Origin: an uncultured Gaiellaceae bacterium
Lineage (GTDB): Bacteria; Actinomycetota; Thermoleophilia; Gaiellales; Gaiellaceae
Direction of reading: 5' to 3'
Length of the DNA stretch: 64,000 nt
Assembly: GCA_963709715.1 (NCBI GenBank)
Contig: CAVPXQ010000007.1
Coordinates: 72,384-136,383 of the forward strand
The position numbers and the translations under genes were made by a program. Shown in pieces: positions 51,589 to 60,864 of the stretch. The notes beneath the pieces were generated by a model. The model searched no databases and was not told where the DNA came from. It worked only from the letters and a program-made list of their open reading frames with translations. The stretch's first letter is position 1, and each line of letters begins with the position of its first letter.

Positions 51589-53478
51589 GACTTCGACTGC
51601 GGCATCGCGGTTGCAAGCGCGGCGCTGGCCGCGCTTGCGCTTCCGGCCCTCGCTGCTGGGGCAGAAGCCCTGCGCCGAAGCTCAGCGAGTCGCCGACGTC
51701 CGGATTCCCGGACAAGGCGTTCCTGGTCTCGCTGGACCGCGAAGACGCCCTCTGACCGAGCGAGCAGGTCGAGGTCACCGAGAACGGCGGTCCCGTGATC
51801 GGCACTGACGGTCGCACCTCCGGGCGGCTCCGCGAAGCGGCGCGATTCTCCTCATCGACGCGTCGAACAGCATGAAGGGCGCGCCGATCGAGAACGCGAT
51901 GGCAGCTGCTCGCGCGTTCCTCGCCGAGCGCAAGGCCGACCTTCCCGTCGCGATCGTGGTCTTCGGCCCCGACGACAACGTCCTCTCCGAGTTCACGACG
52001 GACGGCGGACAGCTCGCCGCCGCGGTCGCGGAGACACCGGCGACGTCCGAGGGAACGCACATCTACGACGCGCTCATCAAGGTCGCCGACATGGCGAACG
52101 AGCAGGGCCTCGAGCGGACGACGGTCGTCCTCCTCTCGGACGGCACCGACATCGGAAGCAGCGCCTCGCGCGCCGAGGCGCTGCAGGCGGCCGAGGATCA
52201 GAACCTCCGCGTCATCTCCGTCGGGCTCAGCTCGCCGCAGTACGACCCGGAGACGCTGAAGAGCCTCGCCAACCGCACGTCCGGCGCGTACGTCGAGACG
52301 GCGACCCCCAGCAGAGCTCAAGCCGATCTTCCAAGAGATCGGGCAGCAGCTCTCGAGCGAGTACGAGGTGGCGTACCGCTCGCTGCTCCCGCCCGAGCGC
52401 AAGGCACTCGTGGTCGTCAAGGTCGACGGGTACAAGCCGGCGACCGCGACCTACACGACGCCGACCCTCGACCTCGCGCCGCAGGGGACGTTCGAGCAGA
52501 GCTGGATCGACGAGCGTCATCACGTCTCCGTGGCTGATGATCTTCGTCGTCGTCGCGGTGCTCGCGCTGATCGGGATTCGCGATCTTCTCCGCGATCGAC
52601 GTTCGCAACCGCTCACTGCGCCGACGTATGGCGCAGTACGTCACCGTGCCGAGCGAGGAGGAGTCGCGGCTCCGACGCGCCGAGGTCGCAGCGATGCTCT
52701 CCGACACGGCGCAGCGCACGGTCGGCGGTCAGCGCTGGTGGCAGCGGTTCGAGACCGATGTCGATCTCGGCGGGTTCGGTCTCTCCGCGCTCGCGATCGC
52801 AGGTTGGACGATCGTCGGAGGCATCGTCGCCTCGATCGGCGGCGCAATCGTCTTCCAGTCCCTGTGGGGCCTCCTGCTCGGCCTCGCGGCGCCGTTCGTG
52901 ACGCGCTATCATCGTGTCGCGCCGGGTGTCGAAGATGCGCAGGGCGCTTCGAGGAGCAGCTCGCGGACAACCTCGACGTGCTGGCCGGTGCCATGCGCAC
53001 GGGTCACTCGACGATGGGCGCCCTGAGCGTCATGGTGGACAGCGCGATCGAGCCGTCGAAGTCGGAGTTCCGTCGCGTGCTCCAGGACGAGCAGCTCGGC
53101 GTCCCACTCGACGACGCTCTGATGGTCATGGCGCGGCGCATGCAGAGCTACGACGCGGAGCAGGTCGCCCTCGTCATGCGGCTGCAGCGCGAGGCCGGCG
53201 GTAACACGGCCGAGGTGCTCGACCGCGTCGCCGAGGTCATCCGCGGGCGGATGGAGCTCAGGCGGCTCGTCGAGGTCCTCACGGCGCAGGCGAGGATCTC
53301 GCGGTGGATCCTCACGGGCCTCCCCATCTTCGTCCTCGTGACGCTCGTCTTCACGGGCGGTGACTACCTCGACCCGATGACGTCCACCCTCGTCGGCAAG
53401 ATCGCGCTGGTGGTCGGCGCCTTCATGGTGCTGATCGGCTCTCTGTGGATCAAGCAAATCTCGAAACTGGACGTGTGA
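51585..53478 (+). pseudogene. tadB: apparent fusion: signal peptide, von Willebrand factor A domain, TM helix and TadB-like T2SS-F platform domain (at least 5 frameshifts)
   Basis: GTG 51585 overlaps the tadA stop. ...FPDKAFLVSLDREDAL / AILLIDASNSMKGAPIENAMAAARAFL...VVLLSDGTD (VWA MIDAS-type motif) / ...YRSLLPPERKALVVVKVDGY...SWIDE / ITSPWLMIFVVVAVLALIGIRDLL / ...MAQYVTVPSEEES...WWQRFE... / FEEQLADNLDVLAGAMRTGHS...VALVMRLQREAGGN.... No stop lies on the path once frames are corrected. Confidence 0.65.
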
Positions 53479-53479
53479 C

Positions 53480-54399
53480 ATGGGACTCGGGCTCCTTGCA
53501 GTCGCCGGCGTGCTCCTCCTCGGCGCGGGGATCATGATCCTCGTCGTCAACCTCGGGAAGCAACGAGGCTCGTCGGCGACGATCGACCAGATCCAGACGT
53601 ACGGCTACGTCGCGGAGACGACCGGCGGCTCGGAGACGGACTCGGCCGCGAGGCGTCCGATCGACTCGATGGCGAGTCGGCTCGGCGACTGGGTGGCACG
53701 TCGATCCGACCGCTTCAGCGAAGCGAGCATCCGAGAGAAGCTGATCTCTGCGGGCATGTACGGAACGACGCCGCGCAAGATCCTCGGTTACCAGGCTCTC
53801 TGCGCGATCGCCGTTCGACGCTCGTCGTTCTCTGGCTCGTGCCGGCGATGGGCGGCTCGTTGCTCGTCGCGGTCGTTCTCGCGCTTTGCGCCGGCGGCCT
53901 GGGCTGGTACGCACCGGTCTACTACGTCGAGCTCAAGCGGCGCCAGCGCATGGAGAAGATCGACAAGCAGATGCCGGACATGATCGACCTCCTCGTCGTC
54001 ACGATCGAGGCCGGTCTCGGAATTCTCGCGTCCATGCGAGTCGCGTCGGAGAGCATGGCCGACCCGCTCGGCCAGGAGCTCCGGCTGACGCTCCAGGAGC
54101 AGCGCATGGGCCTTTCGGTGGGTCAGGCGATCGAGAGCCTCGGGCGCCGCGCGGACGCGCAGAACATGCGCATCTTCGTCCGTTCGATCACGCAGGGCGA
54201 ACGACTCGGCGTGTCGATCGGTACGACGATGCGGAACCTCGCGCTCGAGATGCGGAAGCGGCGCAGGGCTATGGCCGAGGAGCGTGCTCAGAAGATGCCG
54301 ATCAAGATGCTCTTCCCCTTGATCTTCTTCATCTTCCCGGCGCTCTTCATCGTGATCCTGACGCCGATGATCATCAACATCGTCCAGGCTCTCGGCTAG
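53480..54399 (+). CDS. tadC: TadC-like T2SS-F platform protein (one frameshift near 53815)
   Basis: MGLGLLAVAGVLLLGAGIMILV...REKLISAGMYG... joins ...MPDMIDLLVVTIEAGLG...AIESLGRRAD...FVRSITQGERLGVSIG...MLFPLIFFIFPALFIVIL. Confidence 0.8.
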
Positions 54400-54404
54400 A
54401 GAAC

Positions 54405-55187
54405 ATGGCGACACTGACGCTCCGGCGCGAGGACGGTCGGATCGTCTGCGAACGTGTGGTCGTCGCCGATCGCGCCCACCGGCGCATGCGAGGGCTCCTG
54501 GGCCGGAAGTACCTGCGCGAGGGAGAAGGGATGGTGCTCCGCCCCGGCTGGAGCATCCACACGGCGTTCATGCGCTTCCCGATCGACGCGGTGTTCCTGG
54601 ACGCGGACCAGGTCGTCATCAAGGTCGAGCACGAGGTCGGGCCATGGCGGACGGTTTCGTGTCGCGGCGCGCGTGAGGTGGTCGAGCTCCCAGCCGGCGA
54701 GTGTCGCCGTCGCGGCCTCGAGATGGGCGACCGCGTGGCCTGGGCGTCGCGCAGCGCAGCCGACGCGCGCGCCGACCGAGGCTCGGTGACCTACGAGGGC
54801 GAGAGCGACGAGCCTCGAGGGCGTGTCCTCGTCGCGAGCAGCGACCCACGCTTCCTGCGACTCGCGCGCTTCCTACTCGGCGGACGCGAGCTCGAGGTCG
54901 AAGAGCTCACCACTCCCTCCGAGCTGCCGGAAGCCGTTCTCGAGCCGAGCGTCGACATCGTCGTCCTCGACGGCGCGGACTCGGTCGCGACGGCATTCAG
55001 GACGGCGAACGCCTCACGCGCGCGGCGACCGGAGGTGCCCGTGGTCATCGCTGCGGACACCGGTGGCAAGAGCCCGGCCGGCGTTCGTGTGTTCGATCGC
55101 TGGAACGAGACCGAGGAGCTCCTCGAGGACGTCGAGCGGCTGCTCTCCGAGCGACTTGCCGGATCGGCGCATTCCGGGCAACCTTGA
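54405..55187 (+). CDS. DUF192 domain protein fused to a receiver-like C-terminal domain
   Basis: Internal ATG of ORF 53886..55187. GMVLRPGWSIHTAFMRFPIDAVFLDADQVVIKV...VVELPAGECRRRGLEMGDRV fits the DUF192 pattern. RVLVASSDPRFLRLARFLL...VDIVVLDGAD...VPVVIAAD is CheY-like but lacks the N-terminal acidic pair. Confidence 0.65.
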   Translation: MATLTLRREDGRIVCERVVVADRAHRRMRGLLGRKYLREGEGMVLRPGWSIHTAFMRFPIDAVFLDADQVVIKVEHEVGPWRTVSCRGAREVVELPAGECRRRGLEMGDRVAWASRSAADARADRGSVTYEGESDEPRGRVLVASSDPRFLRLARFLLGGRELEVEELTTPSELPEAVLEPSVDIVVLDGADSVATAFRTANASRARRPEVPVVIAADTGGKSPAGVRVFDRWNETEELLEDVERLLSERLAGSAHSGQP

Positions 55188-55268
55188 GGAGACCGAGGGG
55201 ACGGGGTTGAGACGGCAGGAAAGTTGCAATCGTGTGGGAAACCACGAAGATAAGGCGGTAGCTCGCGC

Positions 55269-56774
55269 ATGACCGAGGCAGGCACGCACATCGGCTCGGG
55301 AGAGCCCGGTCCGCTTGTCGAGCGGATCGACGGCTATCACGCCGGCCATCCGGCGCCCGCGGAGCGCCACGCGTACCGCGGGCCGGAGGAGCGCCACGCG
55401 TACCGCGGGCCGGAGGAGCGCCTCGAACGCCTCCACGCGTACTTCCTCGAGGGGTGCACGGACGACATCAGGCCGGTCCTGGCATCCGTCCTCGCGGATG
55501 CCCGGCGCATGCACGCCGGATACGGAGACGACCAGGTCGGGGATGGGCTTGCATCGGTCTGGTACGCCGCGAACGCGATCGTGGAGCTCGGCGCCGCACT
55601 CGAGCTCGACGACGACGACGTGCGCGGCGCCGGGGCCGCAATCGCCGAGGCCTGCGCTCTACCGCTCCCTGCGGCCCGCTACGTCCTCTTCCGCGAGGTC
55701 GTCGGCAGCCCCCGGTTGCTCGAGCTTCCACCGCTCGTGGCGATCGAGCTCCAGCTCGGGCTGCTGTGCGGTCTCGACGTCCTGAGCGACGTCACGCTGT
55801 GGACGAACACGTCGAGCGGCCTCGAGTGCCTCGTCGCACTGGGCGACGACGTGCGCCCGAGCCGCCGCATACGAGCCGAGGCGAAAGCCACCATGCGCGG
55901 TCGCTCTCGGCTCTCGCTCCTGGGCGGCTCGCAGCTACGCGCTGCGCCGGTGCTCCGCTTCGGCGAGCCGTACGCCGCAGTCGTCGGAAGGCTCGGCTCC
56001 GTCGAACAGAGCGTGGCCGACGCGTACCTGAGCGAGGCTGCTTCCGCGCTGCGCCCCGTGATCGAGCGCGAGCACCTGCTCGAGCACTCGGCGAGCCGCG
56101 AGCGAACGCTCGTCGCATCGGCGGAGCGACGCCTCATGCGCCTGGGCTTCGACCTCCACGACGGCCCGATCCAGGATGTCCTGGCTCTCGGCGCCGACGT
56201 CCAGCTCCTGCAGCAGCAGGTGTATCCGTTCATCCTCGAGGATTACCGCGAGCAGGCACACGGCCGCTTCGACGACCTCTCGGGACGCCTCGTCGAGCTC
56301 GATCGACAGCTCCGCGAGATGGCTCACTCGCTCGAGACGAAGAGCGTCGTCTCGCGTCCGCTCGGCGAGACCCTGCATCGCGAGGTCGAAGGGTTCACCG
56401 AACGCACGGGGATTCGCATCGAACTCGAGATCCGAGGCGATCCCGACTCACTATCGTCCGCCCAGCGCATCACGGTCTTCCGTGCAATTCAGGAAGCCCT
56501 CGCCAATGTTCGCGAGCACGCGGGCGCCACCTACGTCTCCGTGCGCGTACGTGCACGCCGCAGTGCGATCGAGCTGCAGATCGTGGACGACGGGATGGGC
56601 TTCGAGGTCGAGCGCGCGCTCGCCAAGGCGGCCCAGCGTGGACGCCTCGGCCTCGTCGGCATCGGCGAGCGCGTCCGGATGGTCGGAGGGACGTTCGAGC
56701 TCCAGAGCCAGCCGGGCGGACCGACGACGCTCAAGCTCACGCTGCCGCGCTGGGAGCCTCTGAATCCGGCCTGA
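55269..56774 (+). CDS. cytoplasmic sensor histidine kinase, HisKA_3/NarL-partner type
   Basis: H-box LGFDLHDGPIQDV, N-box FRAIQEALANVREHA, G1 box IVDDGMGF and G2 box GLVGIGERV. About 290 aa of N-terminal sensory region with no TM helix. Confidence 0.85.
   Translation: MTEAGTHIGSGEPGPLVERIDGYHAGHPAPAERHAYRGPEERHAYRGPEERLERLHAYFLEGCTDDIRPVLASVLADARRMHAGYGDDQVGDGLASVWYAANAIVELGAALELDDDDVRGAGAAIAEACALPLPAARYVLFREVVGSPRLLELPPLVAIELQLGLLCGLDVLSDVTLWTNTSSGLECLVALGDDVRPSRRIRAEAKATMRGRSRLSLLGGSQLRAAPVLRFGEPYAAVVGRLGSVEQSVADAYLSEAASALRPVIEREHLLEHSASRERTLVASAERRLMRLGFDLHDGPIQDVLALGADVQLLQQQVYPFILEDYREQAHGRFDDLSGRLVELDRQLREMAHSLETKSVVSRPLGETLHREVEGFTERTGIRIELEIRGDPDSLSSAQRITVFRAIQEALANVREHAGATYVSVRVRARRSAIELQIVDDGMGFEVERALAKAAQRGRLGLVGIGERVRMVGGTFELQSQPGGPTTLKLTLPRWEPLNPA
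55361..55414 (+). repeat. perfect 27-bp in-frame tandem duplication inside the kinase gene
   Basis: GGAGCGCCACGCGTACCGCGGGCCGGA occurs twice back to back, and a third copy starts (GGAGCGCC) before diverging. It encodes ERHAYRGPE ERHAYRGPE ER. Confidence 0.9.
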
Positions 56775-56779
56775 GCCGA

Positions 56780-56808
56780 ACGGCGGCGTTCCGACGGCCG
56801 GCCGCCGT
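56780..56808 (+). terminator. possible stem-loop after the kinase gene
   Basis: ACGGCGGC-(13 nt)-GCCGCCGT starts 6 nt after the stop. An alternative pairing is CCGAC...GTCGG. No T tract. Confidence 0.3.
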
Positions 56809-57083
56809 GTCGGGCGGACAACGAAGTTCCGCAAAGAGCGTGGACCGCGTCCACGAGGTCGAGCGGGACGCGCTAAGAATGCGCGAGGTGAGCTGCGGCG
56901 CTCTCGGCGATCGGCAACGGTTCACCCGGGACCGTCGCGGAACAGGTTACGGCCCGGGTCGCGACCACGACGAGTTCGCAGGGGATCCGGGCGAGCTCGT
57001 GCCGTCCGTCCCTCGAACGAGACAGCTCGTCCCTCATCCGAGGGAGAACAGCAGGCGCGTCGTGGCCGATCTCGTTTCCACAT

Positions 57084-57632
57084 ATGCGATTCCTGCTCGC
57101 GATCGCAGCCACGACTTCGGCCGTGCTCATGATGGCCCCGACGGCCTCTCCGACGTCGCCGACCCAGGCCGTACGCAGGACGACGCTCGAGGCGGCGATC
57201 CTGCGGGAGGTCAATCGGGTCCGGGTGGCGCGCGGGCTCAACTCGCTCAGCCCGTCACCGAGCCTGCACAGCGCGGCCACCGGGCACTCGCGGGCAATGC
57301 TCGAGCTCGGCTTCTTCGGACACGAGTCCGCGGACGGGACGGCGTTCAGCGACCGGATTCGGCGGCACTACGCGAGTCGCGGCTGGAGGATGTGGTCGGT
57401 CGGCGAGGCGTTGCTCGCGACACACGCCGGCGAGACCATGGACCCGGTCGCGATCGTCCAGGCGTGGCTCGACTCGCCACCCCACCGCGAGATCGTCCTC
57501 TCCTCCGCGTGGCGCGACAGCGGAATCGGAGTGCTCTACGCGCCGACCGCCCCGCGCGAATTTCGCGACAGCGCGACGCTCGTCGTCACCGCCGACTTCG
57601 GACTGCGCAAGGGGCGCGTCACGCCCTCGTGA
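57084..57632 (+). CDS. secreted CAP/SCP (YkwD-like) domain protein
   Basis: Signal peptide MRFLLAIAATTSAVLMMAP, then LREVNRVRVARGL...HSRAMLELGFFGHES...VQAWLDSPPHREIVLSSAWRDSGIGV. Confidence 0.8.
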   Translation: MRFLLAIAATTSAVLMMAPTASPTSPTQAVRRTTLEAAILREVNRVRVARGLNSLSPSPSLHSAATGHSRAMLELGFFGHESADGTAFSDRIRRHYASRGWRMWSVGEALLATHAGETMDPVAIVQAWLDSPPHREIVLSSAWRDSGIGVLYAPTAPREFRDSATLVVTADFGLRKGRVTPS

Positions 57633-57645
57633 CGAGGTCGCCGAT

Positions 57646-57876
57646 CTACGCAGCGAGCGTGAGGATCGGCGTGCTCCCGGGATCGATCTCTGTCGCGAAT
57701 CCGCGATCCCAGGTCACGACGATGTGGCCGTTCTCGTTGATCTGGTCGACGACGCCACGGTCCCCGACGCAGAGACCCGAGTCGTCGTTCGGGGCCTCCA
57801 TCAGCTCGACCCTCGCCCCTATCGACACTCCGGCGCGGATCCGTGCTGCGAGAAGTCTTGCCCCTTGTGCGTCCAT
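57646..57876 (-). CDS. small DUF4314-like protein
   Basis: From ATG 57876. MDAQGARLLAARIRAGVSIGARVELMEAPNDDSGLCVGDRGVVDQINENGHIVVTWDRGFATEIDPGSTPILTLAA (76 aa) fits the pattern G.rV.L..m.D....l..G..G.V..i...G.i.V.Wd.G. Confidence 0.5.
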   Translation of the reverse strand: MDAQGARLLAARIRAGVSIGARVELMEAPNDDSGLCVGDRGVVDQINENGHIVVTWDRGFATEIDPGSTPILTLAA

Positions 57877-57883
57877 ACGAGAG

Positions 57884-57891
57884 ATATATAT
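57884..57891 (-). promoter_or_regulatory. AT-only octamer (ATATATAT), candidate -10 element for a leaderless or short-leader transcript
   Basis: This is a pure A/T octamer, striking in a window of about 70% GC. It lies 8-15 nt upstream of ATG 57876, and no Shine-Dalgarno sequence sits between them. Confidence 0.3.
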
Positions 57892-58044
57892 CGGCTCGAA
57901 GAACGTCGCGCTTGATCGCCCCGGCCGAGGGACGGCAGGAGTCGTCGACGGGTCGGCGAAGATCCCCGGGGCCGGCGGATCGCTCCGAACTCGACGGCTT
58001 AGGACCGGTCCGCCGGCAGCGCACGCTGCCGAGGCGAGACGGCG

Positions 58045-58749
58045 ATGACGAACCCCGATCACGATGTCCCGGAGGACGAGGGGCGCGGAGGCCTCGTCCG
58101 TCGGGTCCTCCACTCCGGCCCGAGCCCGGAGCAACGGCTCGAGGAGGTCCTTGCACGGCGGCGGAAGGAGCTCGACGAGCACGCAGCTCGCCTGCGCGAC
58201 TCGATCGACGAGCTCGAGCGTCGGGAGGAGCTGCTCCGCGACTCGCGTACATCGGTAGAGCGCATGCTCAGAATCGGCACGTCGGACCTCGAGACGAGAG
58301 AGGCAGAGCTGACCGGCTTCCTCACGAGCCTGACCGAACGCGAGACCGCGCTCGCGGATGCCGAAGCCGAGCTCGCACGCCGCCGCCAGGAGCTCGGCGC
58401 GGTAGAGCTCAAGCGTGCGGCGGTCGAGCGTCGTGAACGTGCCGTCGAGGCACGCGAGAGCGAGCTCGCGAATATCGTGCAGGAGCTCGAGGAGCAGGCG
58501 CCTACCGCTGCAGCGGGCGAGGCATCGGCCGGCGACGCCATGGTCGAGCTCGTCTTCGTCCCGGGGGACCGCTACCAGCTGGTCGAGATCGGCCCGCGGG
58601 TGCTTGGTCGCGGTCACGGGTTCGAGATCTCGGGGACGGAGTACTCGGTCGCTCGGATCGGTCGCTCCCCGCTTCCCGGCGACCGCCGGCGGTGTGCCTA
58701 CCTCGTCCTCGGACGAGGCGGCTTGCCCGCGCCCGGCGGCAGCTCGTAG
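58045..58749 (+). CDS. coiled-coil protein with small C-terminal beta domain, function unknown
   Basis: 234 aa. Residues 30-160 are heptad-like and E/R/L-rich (LEEVLARRRKELDEHAARLRDSIDELERREELL...). The C-terminus is VELVFVPGDRYQLVEIGPRVLGRGHGFEISGTEYSVARIGRSPLPGDRRRCAYLVL. Confidence 0.5.
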   Translation: MTNPDHDVPEDEGRGGLVRRVLHSGPSPEQRLEEVLARRRKELDEHAARLRDSIDELERREELLRDSRTSVERMLRIGTSDLETREAELTGFLTSLTERETALADAEAELARRRQELGAVELKRAAVERRERAVEARESELANIVQELEEQAPTAAAGEASAGDAMVELVFVPGDRYQLVEIGPRVLGRGHGFEISGTEYSVARIGRSPLPGDRRRCAYLVLGRGGLPAPGGSS

Positions 58750-60803
58750 ACCTGCGGGCGTCGCTTCGGGCCGTCGTCGCTCGCAACCGCCTCGAGTCGA
58801 CGTTCCGCCTGTGCGACGAGGAACTTCGAGACCGCGACGTCGTCGTCGCCGAATCGCCTGAACCGCATCTCGTAGAGCTCGATCAGGCCCCACGCGCGTC
58901 CCGAGACCCGGATCGGAAGCATGAGGAGCGCGTTCATGCCGAGATCCCGGAGGATGAACGCCTCGGCCGGGTCGACGTCGCCGTCGACGAAGGACACGGT
59001 TCGGGGCTCGCCGCTTCCGAGGACCTCTGCAGTGAGCGGAAAGTCCGAGATCCGGTATGCCGCTTCGTCTCCAAGCCACACTTGTCGTAGGGCGTGGTTC
59101 GAGATGTCGACGACGTAGTCACCGACGACGCGTGACGCCGAGCAGCCGGTCGCGCCCACGACGAACACGAGGGCCTTGCAGAGGCGTGCACACACACCGT
59201 CGGCGGTGTCTTCGCTCTCGATCGCCTCGACGGCCGACATCGCATCAGTGAGGACAACGCCGACCGCGTCGCTGCGGCCCCGCCTCAGACCATCGAGGGC
59301 ACCCGAGACCTCGTGCGGAGACATCAGCGGGCCTGGGCCCGTGAGATCGCGAAACGACGCGATCTGATCCTTTCCCGCGCTCTTGGCCGCGTACAACGCC
59401 TGGTCGCCTGCACGAAGGAGCGCCGTGGGGCGCGCACCGTCGAATGGATATGTCGAGACGCCCGCGGAGATCCTGAGTGGATACCCCGCGTCGGTCAGTC
59501 CCTCTGCGAGCATCGTCCTGACCTGCTCGCCGACGGCCTCGGCCACGTCTGCGTCTGCTCCGGGCAGCATGACGACGAACTCGTCACCTCCCAGACGCGC
59601 GGCGACCGCGCGCTCGGGCAGCACCTGGACGAGGACGTCTGCGACCTCGCGCAGGAGCGCGTCCCCGAAGGCATGACCCGCGCGGTCGTTGATCTCCTTG
59701 AAGTCGTCGCAGTCGATGACGAGGAGGCTCAGAGGCACGCGCCGCCCGTGCGTCTCCAGGAGAGCCTGTTCGAGCTGTTCCTCGAGCCCCCGTCGGTTGT
59801 AGACGCCGGTGAGCGGATCCGTGACAGCCGTGAGACGCTCGCGCTGCAACGAAAACGCGGCGTCGAGCGACGCAGCGACGTGGGCCGCGAGCACGGCGGC
59901 CGTGTCCAGGTCGGCCGGGTCGATCCGCGCGTCGGACTGCGTGACGCCTACGAGTGCGCCGATGTCGCCGGCATTCGCCCGCAGCGGGAACCACACGACC
60001 GATCGAGAGCCGCGAGGTCGCCCTTCCGCCGCGAGATCCAGCACATGGCAGACGACGCTGGGGTCGGACTGAGCGCGACCCACTTCGAGCTCGGACATCG
60101 AGAGCATCGGCTGCGCCGCCGCGTCCGACTGCCAGGCGGCGAGCTCGCCGAGCGCTCCGACCTCGTCCCAGACGGCTATCTGGCTCGTCTGCACGGGTAG
60201 AACCTTGGCGAGCGAGGCCGCACCGAGCGCCGCAATGTCCCGCGGATCCCGCAGGCTGCCGAGGTGCACGAAGAGCCGCGCGAGAGCGGCCAGGTCGAGC
60301 TTGCGGCTCGAGCGGAGGGCCTCGGCGAAGGGAGCGAGCGCCCGGACGAGGGGGCGAACCGCGTCGGCCGCATCTTCGGGGAGGGCCCGCTCGGCCTCGA
60401 TGTTGAGCACGCCGACGACCGTCCTGCCGCACTCGATCGGGACTGCGAGCTCGGAAACGACACCGGGCAGCGCCGGCACGTAGTCGGGATCGGCCTTCAC
60501 GTCCGGGGCGAGCTGCGCCCGACCGAGTCGTACCGCTCGCCCCGTGATCCCGCTCTCGATGGTGATGCCGTCGGGGACGACGGCGTAGCCGCGTTGCGCA
60601 ACGAGCCAGAGCCTGCCGTGCTCGAGCACGAACACGGACGGCATGACGCCTGCGACGGCGTCGTAGAAGCTCTCGAGCGCAGACTCGATCGAAGGCGCCG
60701 GCTCGCCGTCCCCGACCGCCGCGGCCGCCGTCTTCGCCGCAGCCGTCAGGAGGCCGACGTCGATCGGGCGCACGACACGCGCTGCCGCAGGAGCACCCTC
60801 CAT
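58698..60803 (-). CDS. GAF-GAF-GGDEF-GAF diguanylate cyclase
   Basis: 701 aa and intact. DPLTGVYNRRGL...LLVIDCDDFKEINDRAGHAFGD...RLGGDEFVV...ALYAAKSAGKD is flanked by GAF-like segments. Confidence 0.9.
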   Translation of the reverse strand: MEGAPAAARVVRPIDVGLLTAAAKTAAAAVGDGEPAPSIESALESFYDAVAGVMPSVFVLEHGRLWLVAQRGYAVVPDGITIESGITGRAVRLGRAQLAPDVKADPDYVPALPGVVSELAVPIECGRTVVGVLNIEAERALPEDAADAVRPLVRALAPFAEALRSSRKLDLAALARLFVHLGSLRDPRDIAALGAASLAKVLPVQTSQIAVWDEVGALGELAAWQSDAAAQPMLSMSELEVGRAQSDPSVVCHVLDLAAEGRPRGSRSVVWFPLRANAGDIGALVGVTQSDARIDPADLDTAAVLAAHVAASLDAAFSLQRERLTAVTDPLTGVYNRRGLEEQLEQALLETHGRRVPLSLLVIDCDDFKEINDRAGHAFGDALLREVADVLVQVLPERAVAARLGGDEFVVMLPGADADVAEAVGEQVRTMLAEGLTDAGYPLRISAGVSTYPFDGARPTALLRAGDQALYAAKSAGKDQIASFRDLTGPGPLMSPHEVSGALDGLRRGRSDAVGVVLTDAMSAVEAIESEDTADGVCARLCKALVFVVGATGCSASRVVGDYVVDISNHALRQVWLGDEAAYRISDFPLTAEVLGSGEPRTVSFVDGDVDPAEAFILRDLGMNALLMLPIRVSGRAWGLIELYEMRFRRFGDDDVAVSKFLVAQAERRLEAVASDDGPKRRPQVYELPPGAGKPPRPRTR

Positions 60804-60864
60804 GTCTCGAATATCGGCTCTCGCCGCGTCACGCTGGAGTCCGGCTCCTGCCGCGACGAGAGGC

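Noticed and set aside
56873-57280. 135-aa minus-strand ORF spanning the kinase-CAP spacer
   Set aside because: Its 5' half is antisense to the CAP gene signal peptide and domain. It has no ribosome-binding site and no recognisable motif. Its moderately high GC3 is expected for any frame here. A very small real gene within 56873-57040 cannot be fully excluded.
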